This document shows, one piece after another, positions 12,459 through 24,922 of a DNA stretch of 64,000 bases. The stretch spans positions 1,178,001-1,242,000 of the forward strand of contig MU058444.1 of the NCBI GenBank assembly GCA_013265495.1, read 5' to 3'. The stretch's first letter is position 1. Each line of letters opens with the position of its first letter. The position numbers were made by a program, and so were the translations under genes. The notes beneath the pieces were generated by a model. The model saw nothing but the letters and a program-made list of their open reading frames with translations, ran no database searches and was not told the origin of the DNA. The stretch comes from Vicugna vicugna. Its lineage: Eukaryota.

Positions 12459-13929
12459 GCGAGTGTGTAATTTTTAGCCACATTCAGAAACACGATTACT
12501 AGTATGAAATCGAAGGAGGTAGTGGCAGGTCAAGTAAAATGAAGTAGTATTTAGCACACATCTGGAACTTGTCTGCCTGAGAGGTTGTCCTGTCTGAAGG
12601 CATGAGCAGAATCAATAAAGGCTTTGGTAAATCCATGAATGACAGGTAGGCAGTGGGGCATGAAGGCCAAGTTGAAGGCACACGCCTCATCTCGAGTCTG
12701 GTGTAGCCAAAGGCCAGCCGGGCGGGCCCCACCCGGAGTCTGTGCTGTCACTGGCGGAGGTGGAGTGTTATGTGCATTAACCAGGGCTTTGCCCCCAGGC
12801 AGCGTTTTATAAGCTCCTGTGTCCTCCCTCACCATGGACTAGAAAGAGCATGAACTTAAAATTGAACAGACTCAGGGCTTTCCTTGCTACTAAGTTCTCT
12901 AAAATTTATGTAAGTCCGTCATTTTCTTAGAATTGACGAGTATTTCTACTCACAGGGCCTTTTTCACACCCGTGACGTATGATCATCATCTTCGCAGAGT
13001 TAATTACTTCTCTCCAGACACTTTCAGAGCCCTGGTTTCTTCATAGTTTACTTCTATTTAAGAATCACCAAAAACATTTTGTAAAATGACACATAAATAA
13101 TTTTCATTGCTTCTTTTTATGATAAAGTTGTTCTTCAAGGATGAACGTTTGCTTTGGTTTTGTCATGGTAACAACTGTAGGTAGAACTGTTAGGCACGCT
13201 TTGGTTTAATCTCCTTTATGGAAATTTTGTGAAGAATTAGCTATATGTGCCTTTCATTTCTGAATTACATGTTCTTTGCTTTCCAGTAATTCCATGGATA
13301 GCAATTATGCAGTGGGATTTGTTGGCATCATACTAAAGAAGAATTTTGTTTGTGTTTGAGATGAAATCTATGGTGGCATGGAGGAGGAATTCAAAGGCAC
13401 TGTGAAGTCAGAGGACCAGTGCGGAGGATGACTATCCAGGAAAGAGGTAAGAATCTGTGTTGATGTAGTCCCAGAAAAAATAGTAAGGAAGGAACAAACA
13501 CACAAAATATTGGACAAGTCGAATCCGTGGCTCTCAGTAACTGACCAGGTGTGGGAGCCACAGGAACACGGCTTCCACAGAGAACCTTGGCTTGTTAGCC
13601 GCTGTCCAACGTAACAACCCTGCTCGAAATGTGAAATTCTTAGGAACAGAGACATGGCTTATTTGCATTTGGATCCACAAGGCCAGACACGCCTTAAGCA
13701 CCAGCTGAGTTCAACTCAGTCATCTCAGTGTTCACGGCAGGATTTGTACTTCTCTCCCATTTCTGCCATGGTCATACATTTCTAACGGAAATGATCGCGC
13801 TACTTTGTAAATGAAATAATATTTATGCCTAATCAGAGAAGAGAGGCAACAGCTGTTGGTGCTTAGGGCCACGTCGCGTCAGTCCTTCAAGGAACATGAT
13901 CAAGCATCTCTAGGCACAGTGTGAATAAG

Positions 13930-13965
13930 CTGCACTACAAGCTCTCTGCCTGCAGGGGGAGCTAG
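13930..13965 (+). promoter_or_regulatory. Candidate CTCF site with upstream (U) motif
   Basis: cTGCACTAcaagctctctg-CCTGCAGGGGGAGCTA. The core resembles CCASYAGRKGGCRS, and a TGCA(G/C)TA-type module starts 18 bp before the core CC. Confidence 0.55.
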
Positions 13966-14008
13966 GCAGACAGACGCTCGCGACAACCTTGCAGTAGATT
14001 AAGAAGGC

Positions 14009-14028
14009 GGCACCGAAGGTGGCGCTTA
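14009..14028 (+). promoter_or_regulatory. Second CTCF-like core
   Basis: gcACCGAAGGTGGCGCTta, about 60 bp from the first site, same orientation. Confidence 0.35.
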
Positions 14029-15014
14029 GGGCAGGAACGCAACAGTGGGGTCTGGGGAACGAGCAGCGAGATGCCAGAAGGTGCCTTTTTGGGGGAGGCG
14101 GTGCCTCAGTCTCCAGGTGAAATCGAGTATGGGGAGTAAGGACATTCCAAGAGGTGGTGAAAACAGGAGGGAAGGGGTGGAGGTGAGAAACCGAATGGTG
14201 CAGAAACAGAGAAGGTGGACAAGGTTTGGAGCCGCATTAGCATCACTGAGTAGAGGGGAGAGCTGGAGAGGGGAATTCCATTTATTCCACCTGGATAAAT
14301 GCTTTCACATCTCAAAACCATCTTGAGCTTCTTATTATCTGTGAACCGTTTCCTTGCCTTTTACACTTTTCCCCTAAAAAGCAATCTGCCTTACAGACCA
14401 GCAAGTCATTTTAACTCAGCATGTGGCAAAACAAGGTACTGATTTTGGTGAGTATTTTATTATAGAGCTTGTGACTCCTTCAGGTACCACTTGTCAAAAG
14501 ACGTGCCTGGCTGTCCAGTGTCTCACATGCTGAGTATTATTAAGCTCTGTTCCTCCACTGGCCCTTTTTAAAAAGTGCCCTGGGCTGTCTTCCAGAAGCC
14601 CCAGTTGTCACCGTGAGAAACCCAAGATCTCAGTTTTCCTCCGAGGGAAATGGCCAGGCAAGAAGACAACACTGCAAGAACTATCAGATCAACAGAGACA
14701 GGCTCCACCTCACAGCGTGTGTGGAACTGAACCAGACGGTGGAGGAAAAAGCACTTTGGAGGTCACGAAGCACTATAAAAAAATGTGAAATGGTAGCGTC
14801 ACTGACCATCGAGCTATAGCACTAAGTTACTTGAGGAAGCACTCCCCCCAGCCCCGCCCAAAGAATCTATATTGTTATTTTCCCACCGCGCATTTTAGCA
14901 AATAGCAAAAGTGTAGTAAAACTTGACCTCAAAGTTGCTCCCCAAATCAGAGACGCATTCCAGCTTGAATCTGCAAGGAGCATATGAATATTAAAATATG
15001 CTAAGTTGACTTAC

Positions 15015-15140
15015 TGTATTGAGCCCCAGGCCATTAAGCATGTAGATCAGATCCTCAGTGGCTACGTTCCCAGAAGCACCTTTTGCGTAAGGGCAACCAC
15101 CTAACCCCGACACTGCGGAGTCCACCACATTAATCCCCAT
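15015..15140 (-). CDS. HMGCLL1: HMG-CoA lyase-like 1, penultimate coding exon (42 aa: [42 protein letters not shown])
   Basis: Manual reverse-complement translation (this frame is not in the ORF track). It contains the GLGGCPYA...GNVATED active-site signature. Acceptor ...ttgttttccag, donor gtaagt; 126 nt, phase 0-0. Confidence 0.97.
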
Positions 15141-15489
15141 CTGGAAAACAAACCAAAACACCCACGGCTTGTCTCTTTATGGCACGTTAAGTCGTTGCCT
15201 TTCCATTTAAGCTGCTCCGAAGAGCAAATACAGAACATTTGAACCATTATCCAAGCCCACTCCCTTCCCCACCCGCTGCTGGAACGGCCCCTGGGGTGCT
15301 GCTTTCTGTCCTGAAGAATCTCATCTTTCAGGCTAACAGACACTCCGCCAAGGGGCTCGGGAACCAGAGTCCGCTCAGATCAAAATCGAAGGGGTGTTTT
15401 CATCGATCACAGAATGAGGGTGGGGGTAATCTTGAAAGGTTAATCCGCACCAAGGTTGGGTTTTCCAACCTAATTTTGAGTTTTATTCC

Positions 15490-16112
15490 TTTTTTTTTTT
15501 TTTTAGCATTTTGTATGTGTAAAATTTATTTTTTTTTTTTACTGAAGTATATAGTCAGTTACTGTATCAGTTTCCGGTGTACCCCATCATGTCCCAGTCA
15601 TGCACATGCAAACATAGATTTGTTTTCATATTCTTTTTCATTATGGGTTACTATAAGATATTGAATATAGTTCCCTGTGCTATACAGAAGAAACTTGTTT
15701 ATCTATTTTATATGTATAGTAGTTAGTATCTGCAAATCTCCAACTCCCAATTTAGCCCTCCACCCCTCTTCTCCCCTGGTACCCATCGTTTGTTTTCTAT
15801 GTCTGTGAGTCTGTTTCTGTTTTGTAAATAAGTTCATTTGTGTTTCTTTTTTAGATTCCATGCAGAAGTGATATCATGTTTTTTTCTCTTTCTGATTTAC
15901 TTCACTTAGAATGACAATCTCCAAGTCCATCCATGTTGCTGCAAATAGCATTATTTAATTCTCTTCTTATCACTGAGTAGTCTTCCATTGTATAAATATA
16001 CCACAACTTCTTTATCCGGTCATCTGTTGATGGCCATTTATTGTTGTTTCCATGTCCTGGCTACTGTAAACAGTGGTGCTATGAACATTAGGGTGCGTGG
16101 TTCTTTTCAAAT
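15490..16112 (-). mobile_element. Young 5'-truncated L1 (3'UTR + ORF2 end)
   Basis: Poly-T, then ctgaagtatatagtcagttac..., ccatccatgttgctgcaaat..., gctatgaacatt. Confidence 0.85.
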
Positions 16113-16921
16113 TGAGCTATTCTAAAAGCATTATACAACCAACATGAAATATTTCCAACATCCTGACTCAAAATCCAAGTGCCTTAGAAGACAGGTGGGG
16201 TGGGAGGGGGCTGTCCCTGTGTTTGAAGTTGTATGTTGTGGGCTCAATTCACTCAGTCTTTACTGAGCCATTACTGTCCACACAAACCCCTGCTGCTCTG
16301 GGAGAAGTGAAGAGACATTTGAGAGGCAGGACACCCACCACTAACAGTGGCACCAGCTCACATACGCAGGGTCCTCGCTAAGGGCTGGATATTCTTATTA
16401 ATACCTTATGATACTAACTCACAATCCTCATGAAACCCCATGAGGTGGGTACTTTCCCCTCATTCCCAAATCAGAGATGAAGGACATCAAGCACAGAGAG
16501 GTCACACAGTCTGCCCGAGGCCACCTCTGTCTCCAGAGAATTCACACTGTGCTATGATTCTTGGTTCAGGTTTTGTGTCTGAGGATATCTGAGGCGGAGA
16601 TCTGTGTGGCCCGGAAAAGCTGTGAAAGACACGAGCAGCCAACCGGAAGCCACCAAGAGGTCGCATCTGGTTCTTCACTCCTGGATATTGAAGGAAAAGT
16701 AACAGGACTTCATCGAAAACAAGAATCCCTTGGAAAGCAGAGCTCTTGGCCAAACTGCTAGCTCAGCCGTTGTCAATCACAGAATCCGAATCACGCGTTG
16801 CTGCCACATCCCCCAAGTGTCTGAGTCGGGAGCTCTGGGAGGGGCCCTGGGAATCTGAATTTTTTGAGGCAATCCCAGATGCTGCTCTGGGGTGTCACAC
16901 CTTCTGTCCTTTTCCTTTTCT

Positions 16922-17740
16922 TTTTTGATAAACTTTTTATTTTAGAAGAGTTCTAGATTTTCAGAGAATTTGCAAAGGAAGTACAGAGCATCCTCACACA
17001 TCACACACACACACACAGTCACCCCTATTATAGTTAACATTTTACTGCATTGCAGTACCTCTCTTACAACTGACAGACATGTTATTAACTAAAGTCCACG
17101 CAGGATTCAGATGTCCTTAGTTTTGAACCTAATGTCCTTTTCCTGTTCCGAGAACACATCCAGGTACCACATTACATAAGGAGTTGTCTTGTCTCCTTGG
17201 GACGCCCTGTCACAGGTTCTCAGACTTGCTTTGTCCTCGCTGACCTTGACAATTTTGAGTCGCACCTGTCACACAATAGCACCTGTTGTGTATGATGTCT
17301 TTCCATTTGGGTTTGTCTGATGCTTTTCTCACGGTGAGATTGGAATTCGGAAGTTTTAGGAGGGAAGACAAGGTGTGAAGTTGCTATTCTTAACACATCA
17401 TTTCAAGGGTACATGGTTAACGATGATGGTATTAACCTTGATCACCTGGCTGAGGCAGTGTTTGCCAGACTTCTGCTCTAGAACATCCACATGCCCCCTT
17501 TTCCATACTATTCGGAAAAAAGTCACTACACGCAGCTAACACTTAAGGAGTGGAGAATATCTACCTAAAGTATTTAGAAATCTCCCATATAGGAGATCTG
17601 TTTATTCTTCCATATTTTATTTCTTTCTCCAAACATGTGTTTATATCAGGAAGGACACAAGGGTATTTATTTAGTATGTTGGGTTATAATCCAATACACT
17701 ATATGCTTTCTTGCTCAAGTTATTTGAGATTTAGCCACTG
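16922..17740 (-). mobile_element. Old L1 3'UTR (L1MC4/5-like)
   Basis: ttattaactaaagtcca...cagatgtccttag...aatgtccttttcctgttcc...catccaggtaccacattaca motifs. Confidence 0.7.
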
Positions 17741-18262
17741 ACCTGCAGAGGGGGCTGCACTTTTTAAGTTAAGTCTTCTAGATTTCTCCCTTGTGAGACT
17801 TAGGCTGTTGACTAAAGCACACAGGGGCAGAACCAGAGTCCAAAAGCCATGCATGTCCTTGGGACCTAAAGCAAGTTTACACCTGAAATTTGTCTGCTTC
17901 TGCACCTCCAGTTCTCCTCATTCTACTCCTCAGCTTGGGAAGGTGTGCACTGCTCTTCTTCCATTCCCACAACCCCTCTCCTAGCTCAATCATATTTGGG
18001 TGTTAAGTACTGACCAGCTAAAGTACTGGTCCATTTAGGATAATCTACATCTGCCATGACTCGAAATAGTAAGTATAAGGAATTACTCTCTAAGAGTAAA
18101 ATCTGCAGGACTGTCCAATCGTTGGAAAAGACAAATGTTAAGACGCTGGCTCACCACTGGGAGTCTGCCATGACATCAAACAGGCAGAGGCATTCTTCAC
18201 CAATAGGTTAAAATGTATCTGTTCAGTAGAATTGAATCCATCGCTCAAGGAGATAGACATTT

Positions 18263-18439
18263 CAGCGGTTCTCAACACCTACCAATTATAATCACCTGGG
18301 GACCTTTTAAAACAAACACCTGACCTTCTCCCCAATCCAAAGAGATCAGAATCTCTGCCTGGGAATGGGGTCAGGCACTGGAATTTCTTTAAAGCACCCC
18401 TTGGTGATTCTCTTGTGCAATTAAGTGTGGGAATCCCTG
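18263..18439. mobile_element. MER5A-like hAT-Charlie MITE
   Basis: cagcggttctcaa...aatcacctggggaccttttaaaa...gatcagaatctctg...ggtgattctcttgtgca...gggaatccctg. Confidence 0.7.
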
Positions 18440-18959
18440 AGTCACGGTTCTCATCCATTTCACCTTTTATCAACTGTGGTTGATAAAAGTTCGCTTTAAT
18501 TGTAGAGAAGCTCTGGACTCTGGGGCAGCCAAGGGTTAACCAGGACTAATCGACTTTTCAAGGAAACCAGTTTTTGAAAGAAGACCCAAGAAAGTAGAAG
18601 GTAGTGAAAGCCGGCTGTACCAGCATGGCAGACGCCGGTGGCTTCAGTCCACCACGAGGGCTTACAATCTGTGCAATCTTCTGTATGTGCATCAGACTTC
18701 GATAAATAGCAATGACAAAAAGGAAGTGTGGTTGGAACCGAAGGTAAACAGGAAAACTTGCAACTGGCTGGACGATAAATGGGAATTTTTGGTGGGCAAC
18801 TGGTTAGGAATTAGTCTTAATTACCAGTATTCATCAGACCAGTAATTCCTATCAAAAAAAGTCCTTCCCAGGAATATTTCACAAGCCCTAAGCAAATAAT
18901 TAGGTAAGTAATGAAAACAAATAAATATTTACATGGGTGAGTGTGTGTGTGTCACACAT

Positions 18960-19340
18960 GAAACAACACCCCATACAGAGAGGCATCACGGTACCTTTTA
19001 TAACAATAAAAATCTGAAAACAACCCAAATGTCTTTAGTGGGGAAAAATTTAAATTAATAAAAGTGTAGCTATTAAGTGGATTGATAAATGCCATGTAAA
19101 TGCATAGTTAAGGGAAAGAAACAGCTTACAAGATATCGTAACAGTGTATACAATCATGAGTCCATTTTCCAAAATTTAAAAAAAAATTGAATTTGGATGA
19201 TATACCAAAATGTTTATAGCGGTGACCACTGGGGTGGTATGATTATAGGTAATTTATTCTATTTTAATTCTGTTTGTCCTTTTTTTTTTCCCCCAATGGC
19301 CCACCGTGAATGTAACTACATACAGAATTAGAAAAAGAAA
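18960..19340 (+). mobile_element. Old L1ME-like 3' fragment
   Basis: aaaatctgaaaacaacccaaatgtc and ataccaaaatgtttatagcggt motifs. Confidence 0.5.
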
Positions 19341-20384
19341 GTTTTCTCTGAACTGTGGCCTGCAGTGAAATGATACTAAGTAAATGAGAATAAATAAATT
19401 TGAATGAATTTCTTGATTAGCATCATTATTTTGGAACTAATTGATCTTTTTTAGGGTGTAAGACTACAAGGTGATTTTAGACATAATCTCATAAAGGTAG
19501 ACACGATCTGGGGGAAAAGCTACCTAAAAAAAATGGTCTTTCTCTCTTTCCTACCATCACTTTAGCTCTGGAGCAGGCTGGCTTTCTATGACTCTAGTCA
19601 CAAATTAACTGAATCAATTCTAAGAACAAAATGTAGGATTAAAGTTTAAATAAGAAAATTTAAAGAGAGTCTATTCAAGTATACATTACCTGGGAAGGAG
19701 AATATTAAGATGTTAGGTCCTTTTAAAGTCTCTCTTCCAAAAAAAAAAAATCACAGTACTTTAAAAATATAACTTTCCACGCAATATCCTCTAAATTCTG
19801 TCTTCTATGAAATGGGCCATACTGTTCCCCAGAAAAATAAAAGGTCTTCTCAGTGGAGAGTGGTATCCAAGCACTAAGTTGGATGATTTCATTTCTAAAC
19901 AGGCTGCTTTGGAAATTTCTAGTCAGAGTCATCTAAGAAAATTCGATTTTGCTAGGTATGTTTTCTTTAAAGCTAATTCTCTATCCCATTAGAAATGGTA
20001 TTTAATACGATGTAAACAAGTTCTTAACAGAGCAGGAAGAAAAACATTACTTCTTCTCTTTATCCATTCTTTATGGTAAATAAAGAAAACATATTTGTAC
20101 TTTAGTATTGAAATCATGGTATTATAGTAAACGCCTTGCATTTACTAGACTACCCATGTATTCAATAATACTAGACTGGTTTTCCCATATAAGACTGTCT
20201 GCTTTAAAAGATTATTCTTAGATAGTCCCTTCCCCATGTCCCCAAACAAGACACTACTTTCAGATTTTCAGATTCCTGGGGTGTGTGTGTCTGTGCGTGA
20301 ACGCACAGCACAAATGGCTTTCTGTGTCACACGCTGCAAAAACAGTGTTTGGGTTTTGTTTTGAAGGAAATGTCTTCAGATGAC

Positions 20385-20403
20385 TAACCACAAGGTGGCA
20401 ATG
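20385..20403 (+). promoter_or_regulatory. CTCF-like core
   Basis: taaCCACAAGGTGGCAatg in unique intronic sequence. Confidence 0.4.
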
Positions 20404-21435
20404 TGACACCAAAATCCACCAAGTTCAAGTCAAGCATTTCAATGCCACTGTGTTCCAGCCCAGAAGATGGCAACTACATAAGCAAATAACTTTATATTAT
20501 TCAAATAAATATTTTTTCTTCCTTTTAAAATAAGGAAACCTCTACAAATGGTGTCTAACTCATAAACTGTGGTTCAATATAGTCAGCATATTTTTTTTTA
20601 TCATTCTTCCTCTAACTTGAGAACGTTTATTACAGTGCGTTCTGTGTGTCTTTGAAACACTCACAAACTCCTATAGCTCATGGAGGTTGGTGTTAGATAC
20701 TAAAATTACTCTCTATCTTGTCTGTCACTGAGAAGTAGCTCACTTTTATCAAATGACAAACAGTTCTCTCTGAGCTCAGGGAACTAATTCTCCCCAAACT
20801 AAAATAAACCCAGGGCTCAAAGGATGGAGATGTCCTTGGCTCCCACGTTCTCAAAGCTCATGACCAAAGCTATTAACCCAGTGGCCCAGGATACGAGGAG
20901 CCTGGTGAATTCAGCTCCATCTGCTTGAGCTCCCGGACGTGGACTTGAACTTAAGGCTGAAGGAGGTGGATAATACATGGCGTGGCCACTTCTTTTGGAA
21001 AATGGCAAACAAGTTGAAGATGTACCATAAGCCTGACAGGGGAGCCCTGAGGGCTGACAATTTTGTATAGTGGTTAGATGCTCACTTAAAGAAAAGTGTC
21101 ACCTCAACTCTTTCTTGGTGCTGTAAGAACTTATACCCCAGACAAAACAAAGGCATACAGTAAGAAGAGCAGTTAAAGAAATCACTTTCCAAAATTTATA
21201 ATCTTCTATATGTGTATGATTTCAAAATATTTAACAAAATCTAAAATTTTAGGTCCTGAGGTTAGTAAAATCTCAAGGAACACAGGGACTTCTGGTAACG
21301 TTATTTTTCGAAATGACATCAACTGTTTTACCCCGCCTTTTTTTTAAAGACCAAATTTTTCTTTAAAAGTCTGTAATACTGTTAGATGTAATTTAAAATA
21401 ACAATTAAATTTTAATTTTAAAATATCTGGAGTAA

Positions 21436-21570
21436 TTTGTTTTTTGGGGGTGGGAGTAATTAGGTTTTTTAAGAATGTATTTATTTATTTTTAATGGAGG
21501 TGCTGGGGATTGAACCCAGGACCTTGTGCATGCTAAGCACGTGCTCTACCACTGAGCTATACCTTCCCCC
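21436..21570 (-). mobile_element. tRNA-Ala-derived SINE (Vic-1-like)
   Basis: ggggattgaacccaggaccttgtgcatgctaagcacgtgctctaccactgagctatacc; same family as the copy at 12318-12458. Confidence 0.9.
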
Positions 21571-22994
21571 TCAAATAAGTAAGTATCTGATAGTGAAATT
21601 ACTCAATTGGGATTTAAATTATGGGGAAAAAGACTAATATTTATGTAGAATAAAATACTAAACATATACTCATTTTTCTAATATTTTCCCCCTCTGTTTG
21701 TTCCTCACAGCTAACATTCCCTACAACAAAGGGTTATGATTATCTATACACGAGGCACTACTTCCCCTCCAGTGGCCAGACTGGGTCACTAATTGATCAC
21801 AGGACTCTTCCCAGGGAGCCCAAATCTTGTCCTAAGATGCTTCTCAGCCAGCACTCCAGAGAGCCGCCACGTACCGAGTTAGGGTACCAAAGATCTCGTC
21901 ATTCATGTGCATCGTGAACATGCCACGCTTTGTAAACCACGATCACAAACAGCTGGCATCCATGAGTGCAGCCCAGTGTTTCAATACACTGAAGGAGCCC
22001 CCAAAGTCGGTACGTAAACTGTGATGCAGGCGTACCCCTTGCTGTTAGGGGATGACTAAGCTGGTGTGATTGATGACCATCTTCTCATTGACCATCTCTC
22101 GCCTTCCAAAAGCTCTTCCTCCAAGCTCCCCTCCTCCCAGCCTCACCACACAGCATGAGACCAATGGTATTTGTACTTTCCTCTAGTATATTTCCAGTCG
22201 AGATAGAAATGGGAGTGTATGCACAAAAAAGGAATAAGGAAATGGAAAAACAGACAACAAGGAAATCCTCAATTTTGGCAGACTGAGAAAATAATAAATA
22301 CAATTAGCGACCATTTACGGAGTGCTGATTTTATACACGTGTTGTGCCACATGCTTCACTTACGGTAAAGCCCCACGAAAGCAACATGAAGTGGGCAGGA
22401 ATTTATGCCCATTTACTGATGAGGAAACTGAGGCTTCATGAAGGCACAGGATAGTCCATGCTTCACACAGTTAACGCGCATGAATCGCAGACTCTTCCCC
22501 CAGAATGTGGAGCAGAGACAACAGAATCTCTCTAGGAGGTGAGACGTACAGCATACACCATGGACCAGCAATTGTTTCCACGAGCAATGGGGAGCAGAGA
22601 ACGACGGTCTACAGTAGAGGGTGGAATGAAATAATAAATGAATGAAGAAATGTCGCCTGAATCCCAAACAGCTTTTCAGTCCTCCCTGAGACCTCCCTTC
22701 ATTTCCTCCCCCCCTTTGTTTTTGGAATAATATTTAATGAGAACTAGGCCAAGTGGTTTAAAGCACACAGTAATCCTATGACACAGGTACTACTGTCATC
22801 ATCCTCATTTGATAAACAAGAAGCCTGAGTCACCAGATGTTTATCATGACCTTGCATCATGATACGCACTGGGTAAGAGGTGAGAGCTGAGAATCAGAAT
22901 CCTGTGGAAAGGCTTTCAAATCTCTGCTCTTGACTTGTGTGTGCGATTTCTTTTAAGAGATTTCTGTGACATGTCTCTGTAACCTCATAATAAA

Positions 22995-22998
22995 TTTT

Positions 22999-23066
<68 letters not shown>

Positions 23067-23112
23067 TTCTTTCTTTCTTTCTTTCTCTTTCTTTTTTTGT
23101 TTTTTTTTTGTT
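22995..23112. repeat. (TTTC)n microsatellite / T-rich tract
   Basis: Directly visible in the sequence. Confidence 0.95.
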
Positions 23113-23777
23113 TAAGGTAGCTTGAGTTGGCCACTTTTGCTTGGAAATAAACAGTAGTAACTAACACACCTTCATTTAATGACCTGGCAGAGACGATATT
23201 CATAAATGCCAAGAACTATGATACAAAGTAGAGTGTGGTAACTATTATGAGAATTATAAATGAAGCTATTTAGAAACATCAGGGAGACGGTTTCTCTCTC
23301 TTGTAGTGAAGCAACGATAGGTGGGGTATGGTGAAAAGTTTTGATGACTAGTTTGGCTCTGAGTTGGGCCTTGAAGGATGCTGACAAGTGGGGGATGGCG
23401 AGGGAAGGGCTATTCGACAGAGAGGGAACAGCTTGAGAAAATGCAGAGATGTTGAACAAGCCGAGGATACCCGAGATTTTAATAAGACTCTTATTGTAGG
23501 GAGGGTAGGGTGTGGCTGGAGCACACCTCCTATTCAGGGTGGGCCCTGATTACCTTTCTTTAGGAGATGAACTTGGTTCTCTAGGAAATAAAGACCTACT
23601 TGAAGTTTAAGAGTAATTGTGCCACTATCAGCATTTTGTTTCAGTCTGATTTCATCAGCAAGGAAGGGATAACTGAGATAGAAAGTTGAGAAATATCTAA
23701 GTAGAGATACCAGTTAGAAGATTGGTGCAATGCATCCAGGCAATGGTGAGGAGTATTCAAAATGAAGCAAAGGGATT

Positions 23778-24462
23778 ACAGAAAACAGCATGGAGATTCC
23801 TCAAAAAACTAAAAATAGATTTACCCAATGACCCAGCAATCCACTCCTGGGCACATATCTGGAGGGAACTCTAATTTGAAAAGATACATGCACCCCAATG
23901 TTCACAGCACCATTATTTACAATAGCCAAGACATAGAAGCAACCTAAATGTCCACTGACCGATGACTAGATAAAGAAGTTGTGATATATTTATACAATGG
24001 AATACTACTCAGCCATAAAAAGAGTGAAACAATGCCATTTGCAGCAACATGGATAGACCTGGAGATCGTTAATTCTAAGTGAAGTCAGCCAGAAAGAAAA
24101 ATACCATATGATATCACTCATAGTGGAACCTAGGAAGAAAGACACACATGAATTGATTTACAAAACAGAAACAGACTCACAGACAGAAAACAAACTTATT
24201 GTTACCAGCAGAGAATGGGGGTGGGAAGGGACAAATTGGTAGTTTGAGATTTTCAGATACTAACTACTGTATGTAAAACAGAGAAACAACAGGGAACATA
24301 GTTCCCTCTGTATTCAATATCTTGCAGTAACCTACAATGAAAAAGAACATGAAAAGGAATCTATGTACGTACATGCATGACTGGGACACGATGCTGTACA
24401 CCAGAAATTGACACAACACTGTAAACTGACTATACTTCAATTTTAAAAAATCCAAAAAAAAA
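23778..24462 (+). mobile_element. Young 5'-truncated L1 (ORF2 end + 3'UTR + A tail)
   Basis: gaaaacagcatggagattcctcaaaaaact...gacccagcaatccactcctgg...gactatacttcaattttaaaaaa. Confidence 0.88.
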
Positions 24463-24649
24463 GGGGGGGTATTTCCCCAGTTAAAGCTAGTTATTCAAAA
24501 AGGTAGGAAAACAAAAGGAGGTATAATCAGTTAAATATGTAGGCGCTGAAGGAGGTTTGGAGCAAACCGACGTATCTGGAAAACACGATGTAACCAGTGT
24601 TTGAGGCAGTTGTGGGTATTTATCTTGAGTAAAATTCAGAGGTAGATGA

Positions 24650-24922
24650 CCGTTGCAGTTACACAGTTCAAGATCATTATGTGGTCAAGAAAACACACAG
24701 TTCTGTACGATTCCAGGGAACAGGCAGAGGTAGATTTGGGTTGATTGTGAGAAATAACTCTCCAGCCATTTCAATGCTCCCCAAACTTGAATGGGTTCAC
24801 TCTCAAAATAATGATCTCCCTGTCACCAGAAGTATTAAAGGACAATCTCAGGGCTGCTGAAGGAATCCCTTACTCTGGCTTTGCTCGCCTCCAGGGTTTT
24901 ATCCCATCCTAAGGCTTCTGAC
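24650..24922 (+). mobile_element. L3/CR1 3' fragment
   Basis: ggtagatttgggttgattgtgaga...tccctgtcaccagaagtatt...cccatcctaaggcttctga resembles a CR1/L3 3' end. Confidence 0.45.

Noticed and set aside
18464..18489. Perfect inverted repeat cttttatcaac-tgtg-gttgataaaag (paired GATA-like sites)
   Set aside because: An AT-rich palindrome with 11-bp arms is not unexpected by chance in 64 kb, and there is no supporting context.
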